Positions 1-12,400 of a stretch of 64,000 nt of DNA are shown here, one piece after another; the first letter of the stretch is position 1; each line of letters begins with the position of its first letter. The DNA comes from Hemiscyllium ocellatum (taxonomy: Eukaryota): contig NW_026867487.1 of the NCBI RefSeq assembly GCF_020745735.1, positions 3,534,001 to 3,598,000 on the forward strand. The letters are read 5' to 3'. The notes beneath the pieces were generated by a model. The model worked only from the letters and a program-made list of their open reading frames with translations, ran no database searches and was not told the DNA's origin. Position numbers and translations under genes: made by a program.

Positions 1-598
1 TCATCCGTTGGAATTTATGCAGAAACCTGGACAGTACAATGTGATTTTAGGAACTCACACTCACTAACCAAACCAAACTAACCACGGATCAAACTGTCAA
101 CCAACTGTTTTCGTAGTTGCTGAGAAATTGAACTGCACACTCCCGAACAGAGTAATATTTAAGCAGACCCAATTGTACTTCCCACTCTAAAGAACCCGCT
201 GTCATATTAGTTGCAGACAATGAGCTAGGAATTAGCTGTCCATCTCTAAGCTCACATCCTCACCTCCATCACAAGCCAATTGCGACCAGACAGACTACAT
301 GAGATTCCTGAGAGCTGAGCTTTTGATTGGCCGTCTTCAATATTCGATGACCCTGTTACAAAGAAGAAAGTAACAATATATCTGCTTTGTATCTGAATTG
401 TGCAGTTAGCACTTTTACCGCGTGAATGTGAAAGAAGTACATTTGAACTTCCTTTTGAAATTTTATTTCAAACTGACTCCTGCTGGGAATTTTCTAATTT
501 AAACGTGATCACTTTTCTTGACTTGAATCGTGGAAATTCTGTTTTTCAATCACTCCCCTCAAGTCTTTAAGCAGAAGGCGAGGCAACGACTCTAAGGT

Positions 599-1675
599 CA
601 CAGAGTCATAGAAACATACAGAACAGAAATAGACCTTTGCGTCCAACTTGTCAATGCCGACCAGGTATCCTATACTAATCTGGTCCCATTTTCCAGCACT
701 TGGCCGATAATCTGGCAAACTTTTCCGATTCATATACTCACCCAGATGAGTTTGAAATGTTGTAATTATGCCACTCTCCACCAATTTCTCTGACAACTCA
801 TTCTATACAGCCGCATATTTGAGTAATAACAGTTGCCTCATAGGTTCCTTTTAAATTATTCCCCTTGCACCCTAAATCTTAAAGTTCTAGACCACCCCAC
901 CCAAGGGAAGATACCGTGTCTACTTACTCTATTTACGCCTTTCATGATTTTATAAACCTCTGCCAGGCTACCCCTCAGCCTCTGATGCTCTAGTGAGAAC
1001 AGGCCCAGTCTATTCAGCCTATATTTTTAGATTAAACCCTGCAACCCTGGCAACCTTTTTCTATTTTTTCTTCATGGAACACTTTCAAATTTCACAAAAT
1101 CCTTGAGACCAGAAATGCACACAACATTCCAAAAGTGGCCTAACCAATGTCCTGTACAGCCACATCATGACCTCCCAACTCCTATACTCATTGCTCTGAT
1201 CAGCAAAGAAAACCATGCCAAACGTCTTCTTCACTATCCTACCTACTGACGACTCCACTTTCAAGTAACTATGAACGTGCACTGCAAGGTTATGTATTCA
1301 ACAACACCCCCAGAACCTTTCCATTATGTGTTGAAACCCTGCCCTAATTTGCCTTCACTAGTTGCAGTACCTAAATTGATCTATGTCTGCCACTTCTCGA
1401 CCCATTCGCCATTCTGACTAAGATACAGTTGTAGTCGGAGAAAACCTTCTTCGCTGTCGACAATATCTCCAATTTTGGTGTCATCTGCCAACTTACTAAG
1501 TATACCTTCTATGGTCACATCGAAATCATTTATTGAAATGATGAAAGTCGATGGATCCAGCACCAATCTTTGCAACACAGCACTCATCAGAGGTCTCCAA
1601 CCTGAAAGGCAACCCTCCACCACCACCCTCCGTCTTCTACATTCGATCTAATTCTGTATGCAAATAGGTAGTCGA
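599..1675 (-). mobile_element. CR1 LINE 3' fragment (RT C-terminus and tail)
   Basis: ORF 1381-1626 (ISINDFD...SKLADDTKIG) and ORF 1085-1282 (LYRTLVRPLLECCVHFWS) are CR1 RT motifs. Confidence 0.9.
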
Positions 1676-2837
1676 TACGTTCTACTGGGACTGACATCTA
1701 TCAAATACGCGACAGAATATTTACAGAGAAAATATTGCGATTGTGATGACGATAAAGTAGATTTTACTGAAAAGTTATTATTTTGCAGACCTCTAATAAC
1801 TTAATCAGCATTTCTTTTACTTCACTGGTTTTGAGTGGTAATGGTTCCACATGTTCGAGAGCATCGGTGATGATGTTTCCTGTTCTTTAATTGTTACAAA
1901 CATGCAATAAATTTCGGAAGTTGCAGATCATTAAGGACACAGTTTTAGATATAGCTAACATTGGTCAGAATGTAAATTTACGGCTGTTTAAAAGGTCGGT
2001 TTCATGACTGAGATCTGTTCCGTGTGTGAAAGAAACAATCCTGATTTAAAAATTCACTCTGAGCAAATGCATTATCTTAACAAACTGAAGACCATGCGTC
2101 CAGGAAGCTGGCATGAGAGGTCTGGTAAGTGCTGCTCAAAACTATAGGCAGGCGAGCAAAAAGGAACAAAAGTCAGAGCAAATAATTTGAATGTCATCAG
2201 AGAATTAATGAAGTTTATCTTGACATTCCGGTTCTCAACAAGAATGTTCGCTAACTCTGCTTGCGAGTTGATGCTGGTGGCAATTTGGGTGATGTTCTGG
2301 ATTTCTGAACCCGGCACCCACTATGACGGAAGCTCGAATACTTTCTGTGGCCCCTTGTGCATTGGCGTTGAGTGCGAGCAGACTGTGGCATTTGAAACAG
2401 AAGCGAGAAAAAGCAAATAAGAATATGAAACATTGTTTTGTTTTCCTTCACTCTTTTCCTTCCATTCATTTCAAGTCCCAATGCTGATGACAGCTGCTTC
2501 TGAAATTTTTTCGACCGAAGTAAATCCACAAAGGCTGGTATCCTATCATTAATTCACCCTATATTTGCATGTGCCTGGAACGTGACACTGATCCAGTTCA
2601 CTCCGTGAGGGAGAACAAAACCGTGACACCTATCTTCACATCTCTGATGATGCCTTGGTTGGACCAAGTTAACAGCGTAATTAGGATACTCATTCGATGA
2701 GATCAATCTGACTGACATTGTTCCAAATATTGCATCCCTCCCCTGTATGTCCTGGACGTAAACGTCTCCTTTGTTTTCTTGTTGCTTCTCCCGGGGCGTC
2801 TTCGGGGTTTTCTGTCTCTGTCTCGGATACTGGCGTC

Positions 2838-2965
2838 GGATATGGAGAATGCAGGTAAGTGGTGTTGAGATGCCCATCAGCCATGATTGAATGGCGGAGT
2901 GGACTAGATTGTCCAAATGGCCTTACTTCTACTCCTATATCTTATGGTCTTACGGTCTTATGGTC
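2838..2965 (+). mobile_element. 5'-truncated CR1 LINE 3' tail inserted in unit 1 only
   Basis: ATCAGCCATGATTGAATGGCGGAG 3' UTR motif and (CTTATGGT)n tail. Absent from the paralogous site at ~9728. Confidence 0.75.
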
Positions 2966-4437
2966 ATTTAATGAGCATAGACCAATACTTGTATCCCGAG
3001 TGTCTTAGAAGAAATTCATCTTTTAATACCGGTGGTAACAACATCAAGGCTGCGAGTTTTGCCATGTCAATATCGTCCTCAGAAGTTTCTTCAGCACTAG
3101 TGAGAGAATGAGAATCTATAGTCCTGACAGGCTTTGCCGGGTGTGTTTTACTCCCGTCCAATCTGTGGGGTTTCAGCATTCACGTGTTCCACGTGCTTGG
3201 TCAGGACCACTCTCTTCCCTCTACTTTGTATGTCATGGGATCTAACTTTATGTTGATCAGGCCTCTTACCCATGTTAATTCATTCCAGTGGATTTGATAT
3301 CAATATTCGTCCTCTGAAGTATACTGACTCTTTCGCTGAGAGGAGGCTTGTGTCCTGCATTGGCTTTCCTCATACCATTTTACCTTTCCGTACATGTCTG
3401 GAAAGATCAGGTTTATACTGATGCAGAGGTATCTCCCCATTGCTAACTTCGCTGGAGCTGTCTCTGAAGTTGCCTGAGAAGTGGTCCTATAATCAAATAT
3501 GAAGTTGGATAGTTTCGTTTTGAGTGAAGATGTAGGCAGCTTCGCTGAGCATTTCTTGAAATTTTACCACCAGACAATTGGATGATGGGTAGTATGGATC
3601 TGTTCTTACATGCCTGAAGCCATTCTATTTTAGAAATTATCCCAATTCATTGCTGGTAAGTTATAACTGCTGTCCGTGACTATCATGTGTGTTTTCATTC
3701 GCCATCCCCGTGTTTGATGAATAAACTGCATGCACATCCAACCATTTTGAATGGGAGTCCACAATGACTAAGAAGAGACCCCATGAAAGGAATATCGTAA
3801 TCAACATGTAAACAAATCCAGGGCCTTCCCGGCCATTCACATGAATATGGATAAGCTGCTGGCAGTAATTTGTTACCTTATTAGTACTCTGGGACCTATA
3901 CCATCAACCCAGCTACATCAGGATCCAAGGCTGACAACTGGACATAACTTCTCGCCAACATATCCATTTTGGAAATCCCTGGTGGAGTTCAACTGGTGTC
4001 TGGAGGTGGCATTTGTTTGGGACAAAACTCGAGCTCTCCAAAATGATAATATGCTGTCCTCCACAGTGATATGATCTCGCCAGGTCCAGAAAGGTTCCAA
4101 TCCTGTCTCTGATAGCCTTTTCATTTCCCCCAGTGGTTTCCGTTTTGCCATTTTCTTTCTATCCACGACAGATATTGCCAGTGGTGACCACAAATGCGTA
4201 AAGAAAGTTTGAAACCAGAAGAGACCCTTCTAGTGGTGGCTGTACTGGTGTTACATCTCGTAGTGTTTCGCCGTGCAAGACTACCACATTGACCACGTTC
4301 CTTGTCCTGGAGTGTTCCAAATTGCACTTGTTCACAATCAGAATAAGAAGACACATCTGAATTCGACCAGAATCTGTGGACATCATGATAACTGCCAGAC
4401 GTTCCTGTTCTATCAGGCATAATATTGCTTCAGCATC

Positions 4438-5099
4438 CGGAATGAGACTAGGTGGCGCCGCCCTTTTGGCGCTGATCATTTGGCCCTGCCGTTTTGACTC
4501 TGAACTGTTTTGGCACCCATTACTTTGGCGCTGAGCTGTTTTGATACCAATCCAGAATTTAAAAAAAAGTCTTGTAGAGCCCGTAAGAAATTCGTTTTTA
4601 TTGCCTTGTAAGAAATAAATCTAATTCTATTTTATTCATTATTTTTAATCTATTCATTATAAAAACGAATTTCTACATTTTGCTACATTTATCAAACACA
4701 TATAGATAACCACCGTGTGAAAGTTCGGTTTGTCTCTCTTGCTTAGAATGTTTTCAGCCAATTCTGGTATGGGCTGTATAAAAAAAAGGAAGAAAATTGT
4801 ATCACCAAGGCAGTGGATGACTACTAACAATTGTTAAATGAGAAAATAATTACAAAACTAGATTTGAATCTATAGCGGGTCATTACAGCTTTGACTATCA
4901 ACTCTTGCTAGTTGAGAAAATTACATCGAGTCGTTAGTCATCCTCTCTTCTTGAACCAAACAAGATTTTTTAAAAAAAATTTTGAATTGGCACCAAAACA
5001 GCTCAGCGCCAGAGTAATGAGCACCAAAACAGTTTCGAGCCAAAGTGGCAGGGCCAAAAGATCAGCGCTAAAGTGGCGGCGCCAAAACGTACCCGACCA
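4438..5099. mobile_element. Non-autonomous foldback DNA transposon (MITE), ~660 bp, long TIRs, candidate 8-bp TSD
   Basis: 4453-4575 is the reverse complement of 4960-5084 (about 80% by eye). AT-rich core. Flanked by direct repeats TCAGCATC at 4430-4437 and 5100-5107. Absent at the paralogous site near 11230. Confidence 0.8.
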
Positions 5100-6934
5100 T
5101 CAGCATCAGCCAATGTCTGAGAAGCATGGGCTATCGGGTGTTCCTCTTCTCTACATCACTGCTGAGTGAACATTATTCTAATAGCATACAGGGGCATATG
5201 GTATGTCAGCAACACCTCTTGCTTTGGATTCGTACTTTGCTAATACCGAGATGATAATTGTTATTCTTCTGCTCCCTGAAACCTGCATGTTGGCATCGAG
5301 ACCATATCCAAGGATGGCCCAATTTTAGTAGCAGGCATCAGTGTGCGAGGGTGGAGGACAAGTTATATATTAACATGCTGTAATAATTCACCAATCAAAA
5401 GAATGACCTGAGCTCTGAAATGTTGGAGCTGGGCACTTTCCATTGCTCTCACATTACTGTCAAACCAGTATAAATAGGTGTTGTTGACTTTTTACCCCAA
5501 ACATGTCACTTGGGGTGTCTGTAACATACATTCTCCTTCCCATGCCATATAACATTATTTCCAAGCTGTCTGAATTATTTCAGATGTTTTATCAGTTATT
5601 CGCACATCATTCAGCTAACTGGGGACCTAAGGTAAACCTCGTGAAATGTTCTCCATTTTTCAATAGAAGATTGCATGGGCCCAAAAGGCAGTCACGGGTA
5701 TTAATTGCCTCACATCTCAAGGATGCTCGTCTAATCTCAGTTGTGTGTATGCATGTCTCATGAAGGAAAGATCCACGCCCTGGCTGCCTCTTCAATTGTT
5801 TATGTAAGTTTTCTACGCAATGTATCCGTATTTGTACAGCTGTATAATACCGTTTACAGTTTTTGGAATCACCACAAATGTGAACTAACCCTTTCGGCGT
5901 CATAATTGGTCCGAATTGTTCTGCCTATTGTGCAATTGTTTGTAACCATTAATGATATTGAGGCAATCAAATTCAATGTTTCTCAATTAATTTCGCCACT
6001 TCAATTTTCGTCCTAACCTTTAACTGCAGTCAGTGGTATCTGAACCAATTGTTTCTCATGAGAGATTGGAACCCAAGTTGTACCTTAATCTGTACCAGTT
6101 CCCGTTATAAGTTCTAAGTTTCACGGATGTGCTGCACAAACTTAAGGGTTGGAGGTCAGGGTGAAATCTGGTAAAGACTGGTTCCTTAATCACTGACACA
6201 GCTGCAGCAGTATCAAACTGCATGAGAACCAAGTGAACATTTAACTGGAAATGTATTTTGATTTGTTTTGATTTGCTTTTGCGCGAACACTTTTACTGTT
6301 TGAATTAATTCCAGGTGAACTTTCTAGCGTGTGCAATCTCCTGGATACTGGGCTTCGAGTTGTCATATTCACTTCAGGCCCAGTAGATTTCTTTTGCTGT
6401 CTCTTTTGCATACTGGATGCAACTTTAATTGTGATACCGGCCCGATTTCTCGAAAAAATGTTAACTGATCGGCCGAGACTTGGTTTTGTTCTGTTGTATT
6501 ACCGAAAGTCCCTCTTTTCAGGAAGTGTCCTCCTTAATACTATGCAATTGCTTATAGTCACGTGATATTTCCCTCTGTCATTTTGGAGAGAGTGCCCACT
6601 TCCACTGAGCTACCCTTTCACTCTTAAGCTCCTTTTGCCACATTTTGTAAGTATAAAGCTAGCTGATGTACCTGTCTGATGTACAGTTGGGCTGAAGTTC
6701 AGTTACTAGGCGTGTTTGAATGGTCACATGATTATTCCCGCCTAACATCTCATTTCGGTTCAAATATCGACAAATTCCTCTGCCATTCGTCTTAACTTGG
6801 TCAAAACTCTTGATAAGGATTCTCCCGATTATCGACCTGCTGTGTAAAAAACGACAGCATCTTTTGAGTCAGAACAACAATGCCAAGTGGAAAGAAAGTG
6901 ACACGGCTCCCTTCATCCGGGTGAAGTGATAGCC

Positions 6935-7200
6935 TCGTGATCGTATTGCCAGACTGTTAATCCTGAAACTAAAATTCTGCCGACCCAGGTTCGAGCTTTT
7001 CAGCAGCACATAAAATAATTTCTATTCGTTAGTAAATAACTGGAATGAGGAATCTGCTTATGACCATGAAACCATATTCAGTTGTAGCAATGAAAAGATC
7101 TTGCTCACCTATATCCATTAGGAAAGGAAATCTGTTGTAAACACCCGTTCTCACTCACATCTGACTCCAGACACCCAGAGCTGTGATTTCCACTGACCCG
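6935..7200 (+). mobile_element. tRNA-derived SINE, SacSINE1/DeuSINE-like, decayed
   Basis: GGTTCGA B-box-like motif, ATGACCATGAAACCAT, AGGAAAGGAAATCTG and CACATCTGACTCCAGAC core. Confidence 0.7.
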
Positions 7201-7801
7201 CTATCTGAAATGGACGTGCATGCCACTGGGTTCAAGAGCAGTTGTGTGTGGTCAGAGGGAGTTTGATATAACTGAGATAGAACGGAAAGAAAACGTAATA
7301 CACGGCTAGTATTATGGTGGAACTGGTAAAAGCTCAATAATGATAGATAACATTGAGACTATGTTCTGTGACGTGGCAGATGTGATTTAAGATCGTTTCT
7401 CAGATGTTAACTCTTGAGATTCAAGGATTTTGATGTGGTTATGAGTTGACATTGTAGCAGTGCGTGGCAGATTATTTTTTAATCGTGTCTGACAATTAGT
7501 GCAGCAAATTAAGCAGAGAAAGCTTAACGTTTAGTGTATAGCTACTCGTCATACTGTTGTATGGAATTATTTGTCATGGATTGAACTCTGAAGGCCTGTT
7601 CGCCATTTTAAAGAGAATAACAGTAACCCAACACGTGGTGTTCCAATTCACTGAGATTTAGTTCGCTGTTCACACCTTCAGGGCTTGTTAGTGACACAAG
7701 ATAATGATATGTAAGTATTCATATACCAGCAGCAGTTTACTGAGAGAGAGGTTTTAGTTTGGATGTTTTCAAATAACCAAATGCCCTGCTCACGGAAGAC
7801 A

Positions 7802-8271
7802 ATGTCAGTGCTGTAACTCAACGTCGATCTTTGTGGGTAGCATTCCTCACTGGGAGGTTATCAGGAAATACAATGCACATTTCCTTAGAAATCATGCTTC
7901 AGAATAGCACCATCCTGATATTTTGCACTTGATATTTGTTCACCCTTTCAGATGTGATTCACAGACATTCCGTCACTCAGTCAGCTTCTTTCATGTTCAG
8001 GGGAGAAAATGATGCCATGACTATCAGCTGCAACGATGATACTACATGAACTATCTGTATGGTAGTCTGCTACCGACAATACAACCTACTCTTCGTGTAA
8101 ACAAAGATTGCGGTGTCCATGAGTGAAGTATGTTCCTCCACACAAATTCAAACGTCAAATACAACGTTGTGTTTGTCTATCACTGAGGTGCAGCTGACTG
8201 ACCCTATCAATATTATTCCACTTATTGGAATTCAAAGTGATTGCAAATAACTCACCTTGTTAAAAAAAACT
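7802..8271 (+). pseudogene. Decayed V gene segment (pseudo-V1) with degenerate 23-RSS
   Basis: Acceptor tttcAG at 7951, then D-V-I-H-R-H-S-V-T-Q-S...T-I-S-C...stop...C-Y-R-Q-Y. The 3' part reads L-S-I-T-E-V-Q-L-T-D-P then (frameshift) Y-Y-S-T-Y-W. Heptamer CAAAGTG 8233-8239, 23 nt, AAAAAAACT 8263-8271. The putative leader 7802-7856 has stops and is uncertain. Confidence 0.75.
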
Positions 8272-8940
8272 CTTGGAGCATGGATTGATTCTTATTTTGA
8301 AGTTTATATGAAATTCTTGACAGTTGCAATGTGTTAGCAGGAGCTGAAAGCGGCATGCCCATCGAGCGGAAGCCAAATTAACCTCGGATTAAACTGTCAT
8401 CTAACTACTCAGGAATAGACTGCAGATCCTGATCATTACACAGACACAGAGCAGAATTGTATATTTAACCTTCATTCATTGACTATTATTTCATATTTGC
8501 ATCTTCTTCTTCTTCAACTTTTTCTCCTGTTGCAATCCTATGCATATACAGTTTCTAGTAATAGTACTGGTATTTTTACAACATGAAAGGTTCTTGGTAG
8601 TTACGTCACACCACATTTCAATCACATTTTTAGGAAGGTGGTGAAGAAGGCAGGGAAGAGCCAATCACAATATAAGCAAAGCTGTATGGTGATTTACTAA
8701 TCTACGTCTTTTCTTCCTTCTCTATCTACTGAATCCGTTTCCGAACTGATGTGGTTTAATGCACTTCGAGCAAATACTGCAAAATAATTTAGATCTATTG
8801 TTTCAACCCAGTTCAAGTATTCCTTTCACCACCTGAAAGTATTCCCTGCTAGACAGTTCCTCATTTTACATTAATATATTTTGACATCTATTAGACCCGT
8901 TCTTTCAGTAGCGTTTTAGTTGTGCACAATTGTTCCTACG

Positions 8941-9371
8941 ATGTACATTCGTCTTCTCATTTTATCGTTGATATTAGGTAGGTTTAGCTATGGGTTACGT
9001 TTTCTGTGAGACTATTATATTTTCTAACACAGTACAGTAATCAAACTGCAGTTCCTTTATATTTCAGGTAATGTTCGGTCGGGGTCGGTCACACAACCTC
9101 GGAAAAAACTCTCTGTGATTGAAGGCGATACTGTGACTGTAGACTGCAGCTACACAGCACGCTCTTCGAACCCTGACCTACACTGGTACAGGCAGTATTC
9201 GAATCAGGCTCCGGACTTCATTTTATATCGGGATAACAATCGAAGAAAAGATGCAAATTTTGTCAATGGAAGATTTAAGGCCAACCTAACGAATGCAGAA
9301 AAGAAGTTTCCTTTAAAGATTACACGATCAGAAATCCAGGACACTGCTGTGTATTTCTGTGGGTTGAGAGA
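8941..9371 (+). CDS. TRAV: TCR alpha/delta-type V gene segment V1 (family A), apparently intact. Leader exon 8941-8977, intron 8978-9067, V exon 9068-9371
   Basis: Leader MYIRLLILSLILG, GT donor at 8978, tttcAG acceptor at 9067, phase 1 in frame. V exon GSVTQPRKKLSVIEGDTVTVDC...WYRQY...RF...DTAVYFCGLR has both Cys and the Trp with no stops, followed by a 23-RSS. Alpha versus delta cannot be resolved from V alone. Confidence 0.92.
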
Positions 9372-9410
9372 CACTGTGGTTGAAAGTTCGTCTGGCGTTG
9401 TACAAAAACC
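9372..9410 (+). other. 23-RSS of V1
   Basis: Heptamer CACTGTG 9372-9378, 23-nt spacer, consensus nonamer ACAAAAACC 9402-9410. Confidence 0.95.
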
Positions 9411-9471
9411 TCAGTGACATGGAACTTCTATAGAAGTTGGTGAAGGAAAAACCTTACCTTCTAAGTGATTG

Positions 9472-12400
9472 GTTCAGTTCGCTCCTCGAGTGAAAATAAC
9501 CCGTGACAGACATGTTTACATCTATGAGGACGCCTTGATTAGACCAAGTTGACAACACAGTTAGGGTACTCATTCTATGAGATCAGTCTGAATGACATTG
9601 TTCCAAATATTATATCCCCCCTCCCGTATGACCTGGGACTGAAGCTTCTCCTTTGTTTTCCTGTAGCTTCACCCAGGGCATTTTTGCAAAAGATCCAGTT
9701 TTCTGTCTCTGTCTCAGATGCTGGAGTCATGTAATGGACATTGACCATGAATTGTGCCCCGAGCATCTTAGAATAAATTCATCTTTTAATACCAGAAGTA
9801 AACTCATCGAGTCTTCCACATTTGCCTCGCCCAGCTCGTCCTCAGAGGTTTCTTCACCACTAGAGAGAGAATGAAAAACTATGGAGTCTGAAAGACTTAA
9901 TAGGTGTTCTGAGATGCCGGGTGAGTTTTACTCCTGCCTCTTCTATCGGGTTTGAGCATTCACAAGTTTCACGTGCTTGCTCAGGACCTTTTCTCCTCTG
10001 TGTTTTTTGTATGCCATAGGATCTAACCGTGTGTTGACCAGACCCCTTAATTATGTTAGACCATTCCAGAGGTGTCGAGATCAAACTTCGTCCTCTGAAG
10101 AATAGTTACCCTCTTGCTGGGAATGGAGACTTGTGCCCTGCATTTGCTTTCCTGATACCAATTCGCCCTTTCATATATGTCGAGAAAGATCAGGTTTAGA
10201 TTATTGCAGAGGTCTCCCCCATAGCGAAATTTGCTGTAGGTGTCCCTGTGGTTGCCTGAGAGGTGATCCTATAATCAAACAGGAACTGGGACCGGTTGGT
10301 TTTAAGTGTGGATGTAGGCAGCTTTGTTAAGCATCCCTTGAATGCTTGGACTATTTTTACCACCAGACTCCTGGACAATAGATTGCTATGGATTGTTTTC
10401 TAAATCCATTCGACTTTAGGAAATGTCCCAATTCCTTTCTTTTAAGTTGTGGGCACTGTCCATGACCACCGTGGGTATTTCACAATATGCTCACAGATTT
10501 TCAGTCGCTATCCCCGTGTGCGTTGAAGGAACTCCATGCACATCCAGCCATTTTTAATGGGCGTCCACAATGACTCAGAACATAGACACAATGAAAGGGA
10601 TGGCATAGTCGACATGTAAACGGGTCCACGGCCGACCCTGTCATTCTCATGAATATGGATGAGCTGCTGGCAGTAATTTGTTACTTTGTTAGTATTTTGA
10701 GACGAATGCCATCACTATATAGCTGGATCAAAGGCTGCCAAACAGACATAACTTGTCGCCAAAATATCCATTTTGGAAATTCCTGGTGGGGTTTAGCTGG
10801 GGTCTGGAGTTGACATTTGCTCGGAACAAAACTGGTGCTCCCCATAATTATGTGCCATCCTTCACAGTGATGTGGTCTCACCAGGTCCAGAAACGTTCCA
10901 ATTCTGATTCTGATAGTTTTTCGTTTTTCCCAGTGGTTTCTGTTTTGCCATTCTTTTTCATGTCCACAGTCAGACATTGCCAGTGGTAATTGCAAGTGTG
11001 TAAAGGAAGTTAGAAACCAGAACATGTTCTTCTTGTGCTGGCAGTGAGACTGTTGTATCTGGCAGTGTGTGCTCTCGCAAGACTTTCAGATTGGCCACTT
11101 TCGTTCGTGTCGAGTGTTCCAAATTATACTTGTGCACAATCAGAATAAGAGGCCACATCTAAATTCGACCAGAATCTGTGGATATCATGAAAACTGCCAG
11201 CCATTGCTCTTCCTTCAGGCATACTTTTGTTTCAGTTTCAGGCAATGTCTGCGAAGCATGAATCGTCGTGAATTCGTATTCACTATGTCACGGGTGAGTG
11301 AACATTACTCTGTTAATCTTACAGGGGTGTATCGTATGTCAACAACACCTTTTGGTAGGGTTCCGTATTGTGCCAATACCCAGATGATTATAGTTATTCT
11401 TCTGCTCCCTAAAACCTGCATCTTGACTGCGAGACCATTTCCAAGGCTGGCCCATTTTTAATAGCAGCCATGAGTGTGCCAGCATGGAACACAGGTTATG
11501 TATAAACATGCTGATATAATATTCCAATCAAATAAATATCCTGACTCTGAAATATGGCAGCTGGGCAATTTCGATTGTCCTCACATTACCTTCAAACTTG
11601 TGTAACTCTGTTTTGTTGACTTTGGAACGCAAGCACGTCACTTTGGGTGCCTGAAACACATATTCTCCCTCCTAAGCCATATAACTTTATCTCCAAGTTT
11701 TCTAAATGATCTCAGATGTCTTATCAGTTATTAGCACGTCATCCAGATAACTGGCAATCGAAGGTAAATCTCTTGAAATGTTCGCCATTGTCCAATAGAA
11801 TATTGCATGGGCTGCTGATGTCCCAAAAGGCAGTCACGTATGTTGGTGCAAACCCTTACGATTATTAATTGTCTCACAGCTCAAGGATCTTCATCTAATC
11901 TCAATTATAAAAGGTATGTCTCAAGAAGGAAATCTCCATGCACCGGCTGTCTCTTTAGATTTTTTGTAAGTTTTCTATGCAAAGTTCCAGTATTCATATA
12001 GCTGCACAATACTGTTTACAGTTTTTGGAATCCCCACAAAGGTGAACTGATCCATCAGGCTTCATAATTGGTACGAGCGGTTCTGCCCTTTGTGCAAATT
12101 ATACTAATTTGAAGATTCCTTCGCTATCCTGTCTCCTGATTTTCCTCGTCTAGTTTTGTGTATAAGATAAATGGCGTCTGCTGGGCGTTGCAAATTAGTG
12201 AAATTCCTTCCAGGTCGACATGTAAGGTCTTTTTAGCTTTTTGATAGTTCCTCGACATTCCATAAAGTCTTCCATCTATTTATTTTGGACTTTACTCGGG
12301 CAAGTATATTGTAATGTAACAGTAATGAGCCAATCCAGTTGAATGTTTCTCAACTAATTTCGCTGCTTCAACCTTCGGCTGAGCCTTTAACTGTAGTCAC

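Larger units (their letters stand above)
2590..6900 (-). mobile_element. Decayed Ty3/Gypsy LTR retrotransposon (gag-protease-RT-RNaseH-integrase, PPT, partial 3' LTR), interrupted by later insertions
   Basis: Minus-strand relics of gag (KLRRMAE, NEML ~6740-6850), protease (LNVHLVLMQFDTAAAVSVI ~6180-6250), RT (GLVHICGDSK ~5870) and integrase (WPGRPW..LHVDY ~3790-3840). Polypurine tract AGGGGAGGGA at 2735-2744 followed by TGCA. Many stops and frameshifts; no 5' LTR seen. Confidence 0.85.
2590..9465 (+). repeat. Tandem duplication unit 1 (Gypsy remnant, SINE, pseudo-V1, V1)
   Basis: Colinear similarity to ~9470-15840 along its length, e.g. 2640-2730 with 9520-9610, 3780-3960 with 10590-10760, 6940-7190 with 13420-13670, 8430-9465 with 14790-15840. 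Confidence 0.9.

Noticed and set aside
1790-1960. Leader-like ISFTSLVLSG followed by GT, and a later CACAGTT
   Set aside because: No ATG, no V exon and no nonamer.
9142-9153. AID hotspot AGCT at the start of CDR1 in V1 and V2, relevant to shark TCR somatic hypermutation
   Set aside because: A single motif that is not present in V3 or V4; enrichment cannot be judged without counting against a codon-shuffled background.
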